From contig CAVOKF010000003.1 of NCBI GenBank assembly GCA_963696385.1, forward strand, positions 32,001-96,000: 64,000 nt of DNA, in the 5' to 3' direction. The notes beneath the pieces were generated by a model. The model was not told the DNA's origin. It made no database searches and worked only from the letters and a program-made list of their open reading frames with translations. Below, piece after piece: positions 62,329 through 64,000 of this stretch (its first letter is position 1; every line of letters begins with the position of its first letter). The position numbers were made by a program, and so were the translations under genes. This stretch comes from an uncultured delta proteobacterium. Lineage in GTDB: Bacteria; Myxococcota_A; Polyangia; Polyangiales; Polyangiaceae.

Positions 62329-64000
62329 TCACACCAGCCGACGGGCGACGATTAAGCTCACATCATCTTCCTGCACTTTGGTCCAGCTTCGCACCGCGCT
62401 GATGAGGTGGTCTCTGATAGCTTGCACGGGCTGATCGGCGACGCGTTCGACGATTGCGCACACGCGGTCCGGACCGAACTGCACCCCACGCTGGTCCTTT
62501 CCTTCGGTAACTCCGTCCGTGTAGAGAATCATGACGTCGCCGACTTCGAGCGAGATCGTCGTCTCGACCAACATGCTGTCGACGTTCGGAAAGGCACCGA
62601 CCCACGGACCGCGCGTTTCGAACCTCTCGCACTCTCCTCGTGACGCCCGGTGCACAATGATATCCTCGTGTGCTCCGGCATACACAACGGCGCCGCCGCC
62701 GTCGCATCGAAGAAGCGATAACGTCGCGTGCTCGTCCTGGCCCATGCGCCGGTGAACGTTGTCGTAAAGCACGGCATTCAGCACGCTAAAGACTTGGCAC
62801 GGCGAGGCACCCGGGTCGCGGCGTGCGAGTGCGGCCACGATACTTTGAATCATGAGCATCACGAGCCCCGGTTGCAACCCGTGCCCGGCGACGTCGCCGA
62901 TTCCGATCCAGCAGCCGGCAGCGAACGGGATGACATCGTAATAGTCGCCCCCGACCTCTGTTGCCGGGATCATGATCGCCGCGATGTCGAGATGTGGAAC
63001 CGCAAATTTCTTTGGGACGATCGTCGTCTGGATGCGGGCCGCGATCTCCATTTCCTTCTCGAGGCGCTCGCGCTCCGCTCGCTGGCGGCGGGTCGCTTCC
63101 TCGACCACCTGATTGACCAGCCGAGCTCCCTTCAGCGCGCTGCTGATCAGCTCGCGAAGGCCTTCGTAGACAGCGCCCTCGTGCGGGCCGACCTCGAAGA
63201 GGGCGAGACCGAGCTGCTCTCCGTGGAAGACGAGCGGCTCGGCCACGATGGTCCGCGGCCGCTGGTCGACCCATCCGCGCGGAGCCAGCTGTCGCGGGTC
63301 AAACGTCGGCTCGTCCGCGCTGCAATCGATTCGGTGGCCATCGTCGTAAAGAAAGAGCGGCCTGGCACGCCTCGTCAGTCCCGCCTGCTCGTAGACCGAG
63401 AAGGCACACGCGGGTATCTGCAGGCGGGGTAGCTGCCTCGCAACCGCCTCCACGAGAGCGCTTTCCCCGAACGCCGTCATAAGCGCTTCGCTCGTCTCGT
63501 GAAGCGTGCGAATCCAACGCTCGCGCCGAATGCGGTGCTGGGCCTGGAGCCGCTCGCGGAGGTCGCCGACCACGGCGCGCCCGCGATGAAGAACTTCGTC
63601 AGTTCTAAGCCGGCCACGGAAATCGTCGGTCGCGGCGATGGAGACGCTGCTGAGCAAGGACAAGACGGCGTGCCAAGGGCGAACGCTCCCACCGGCGCCG
63701 ACGACCCGGCGGAGCGTCGCCTCGAGTGAGGTCACGAAGTGGTCCGTAGCGCCGTCGCGCACGTCGGCCACGAACGCGTCGAATAGGGCCTCCATCCAGT
63801 CGGGCGCTATGCGCGCGTGCTCAGGTGCCACGACGTTGGCCATCCGCGCAAGGGTCTGCTCGCGCCCTGCGAGCAGGTGATCGGCGATCGAGGCGACATC
63901 AGCAAGCGCGCCGGGCGTTTCGGTCCGTATGGCTCCCTCGGCGTTGCAGCCACATGATTCGCGCAAGACGAGCATCGTGTCGAGGACGACGTGTTCGGGC
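62329..64000 (-). CDS. SpoIIE/PP2C phosphatase with N-terminal sensor region (5' end outside window)
   Basis: EVGGDYYD, GDVAGHG, YTDGVTE, QEDDVSL. Confidence 0.9.
   Translation of the reverse strand, partial: PEHVVLDTMLVLRESCGCNAEGAIRTETPGALADVASIADHLLAGREQTLARMANVVAPEHARIAPDWMEALFDAFVADVRDGATDHFVTSLEATLRRVVGAGGSVRPWHAVLSLLSSVSIAATDDFRGRLRTDEVLHRGRAVVGDLRERLQAQHRIRRERWIRTLHETSEALMTAFGESALVEAVARQLPRLQIPACAFSVYEQAGLTRRARPLFLYDDGHRIDCSADEPTFDPRQLAPRGWVDQRPRTIVAEPLVFHGEQLGLALFEVGPHEGAVYEGLRELISSALKGARLVNQVVEEATRRQRAERERLEKEMEIAARIQTTIVPKKFAVPHLDIAAIMIPATEVGGDYYDVIPFAAGCWIGIGDVAGHGLQPGLVMLMIQSIVAALARRDPGASPCQVFSVLNAVLYDNVHRRMGQDEHATLSLLRCDGGGAVVYAGAHEDIIVHRASRGECERFETRGPWVGAFPNVDSMLVETTISLEVGDVMILYTDGVTEGKDQRGVQFGPDRVCAIVERVADQPVQAIRDHLISAVRSWTKVQEDDVSLIVARRLV

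Overview
GC-rich bacterial DNA, most consistent with Myxococcota (Polyangiaceae-like); this is inferred from gene content and Cys-rich lipoproteins. A housekeeping core (tRNA-Gln/Glu, groEL, HelD-like helicase, YfgM/BamB-like, greA, bamD, NtrC-type regulator, dut, guaA, tRNA-Gly) is flanked by accessory DNA. (1) At 1-6.3 kb is a RiPP-like cluster: lasso-type leader machinery (PqqD/RRE and B2 peptidase), a radical SAM/SPASM enzyme, an HPr-kinase-like kinase, a nucleotidyltransferase, a GT31-like glycosyltransferase and a 56-aa precursor. The precursor has a YxxPxL...T leader, but its core (FSGHGAMGASGLTSS) has no Asp/Glu and no lasso cyclase is visible, so this is the best candidate for an undescribed system. 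(2) A 16.3-kb element is integrated in tRNA-Gly (44-bp att repeats). It carries integrase, Xis, an AAA_25 helicase with an iteron-like array and terminase subunits, but no recognisable portal or capsid (satellite-like or reduced prophage). (3) Decayed sister islands share a tRNA-Glu att site, an integrase, an ADP-ribosylglycohydrolase and a small gene preceded by a LexA-like box. (4) An ORF-less group II intron sits precisely inside a duplicated groEL fragment; a scrambled class C intron remnant, a degenerate groES and several patchwork local duplications are also present. All calls come from motif reading by eye; no database searches were run.
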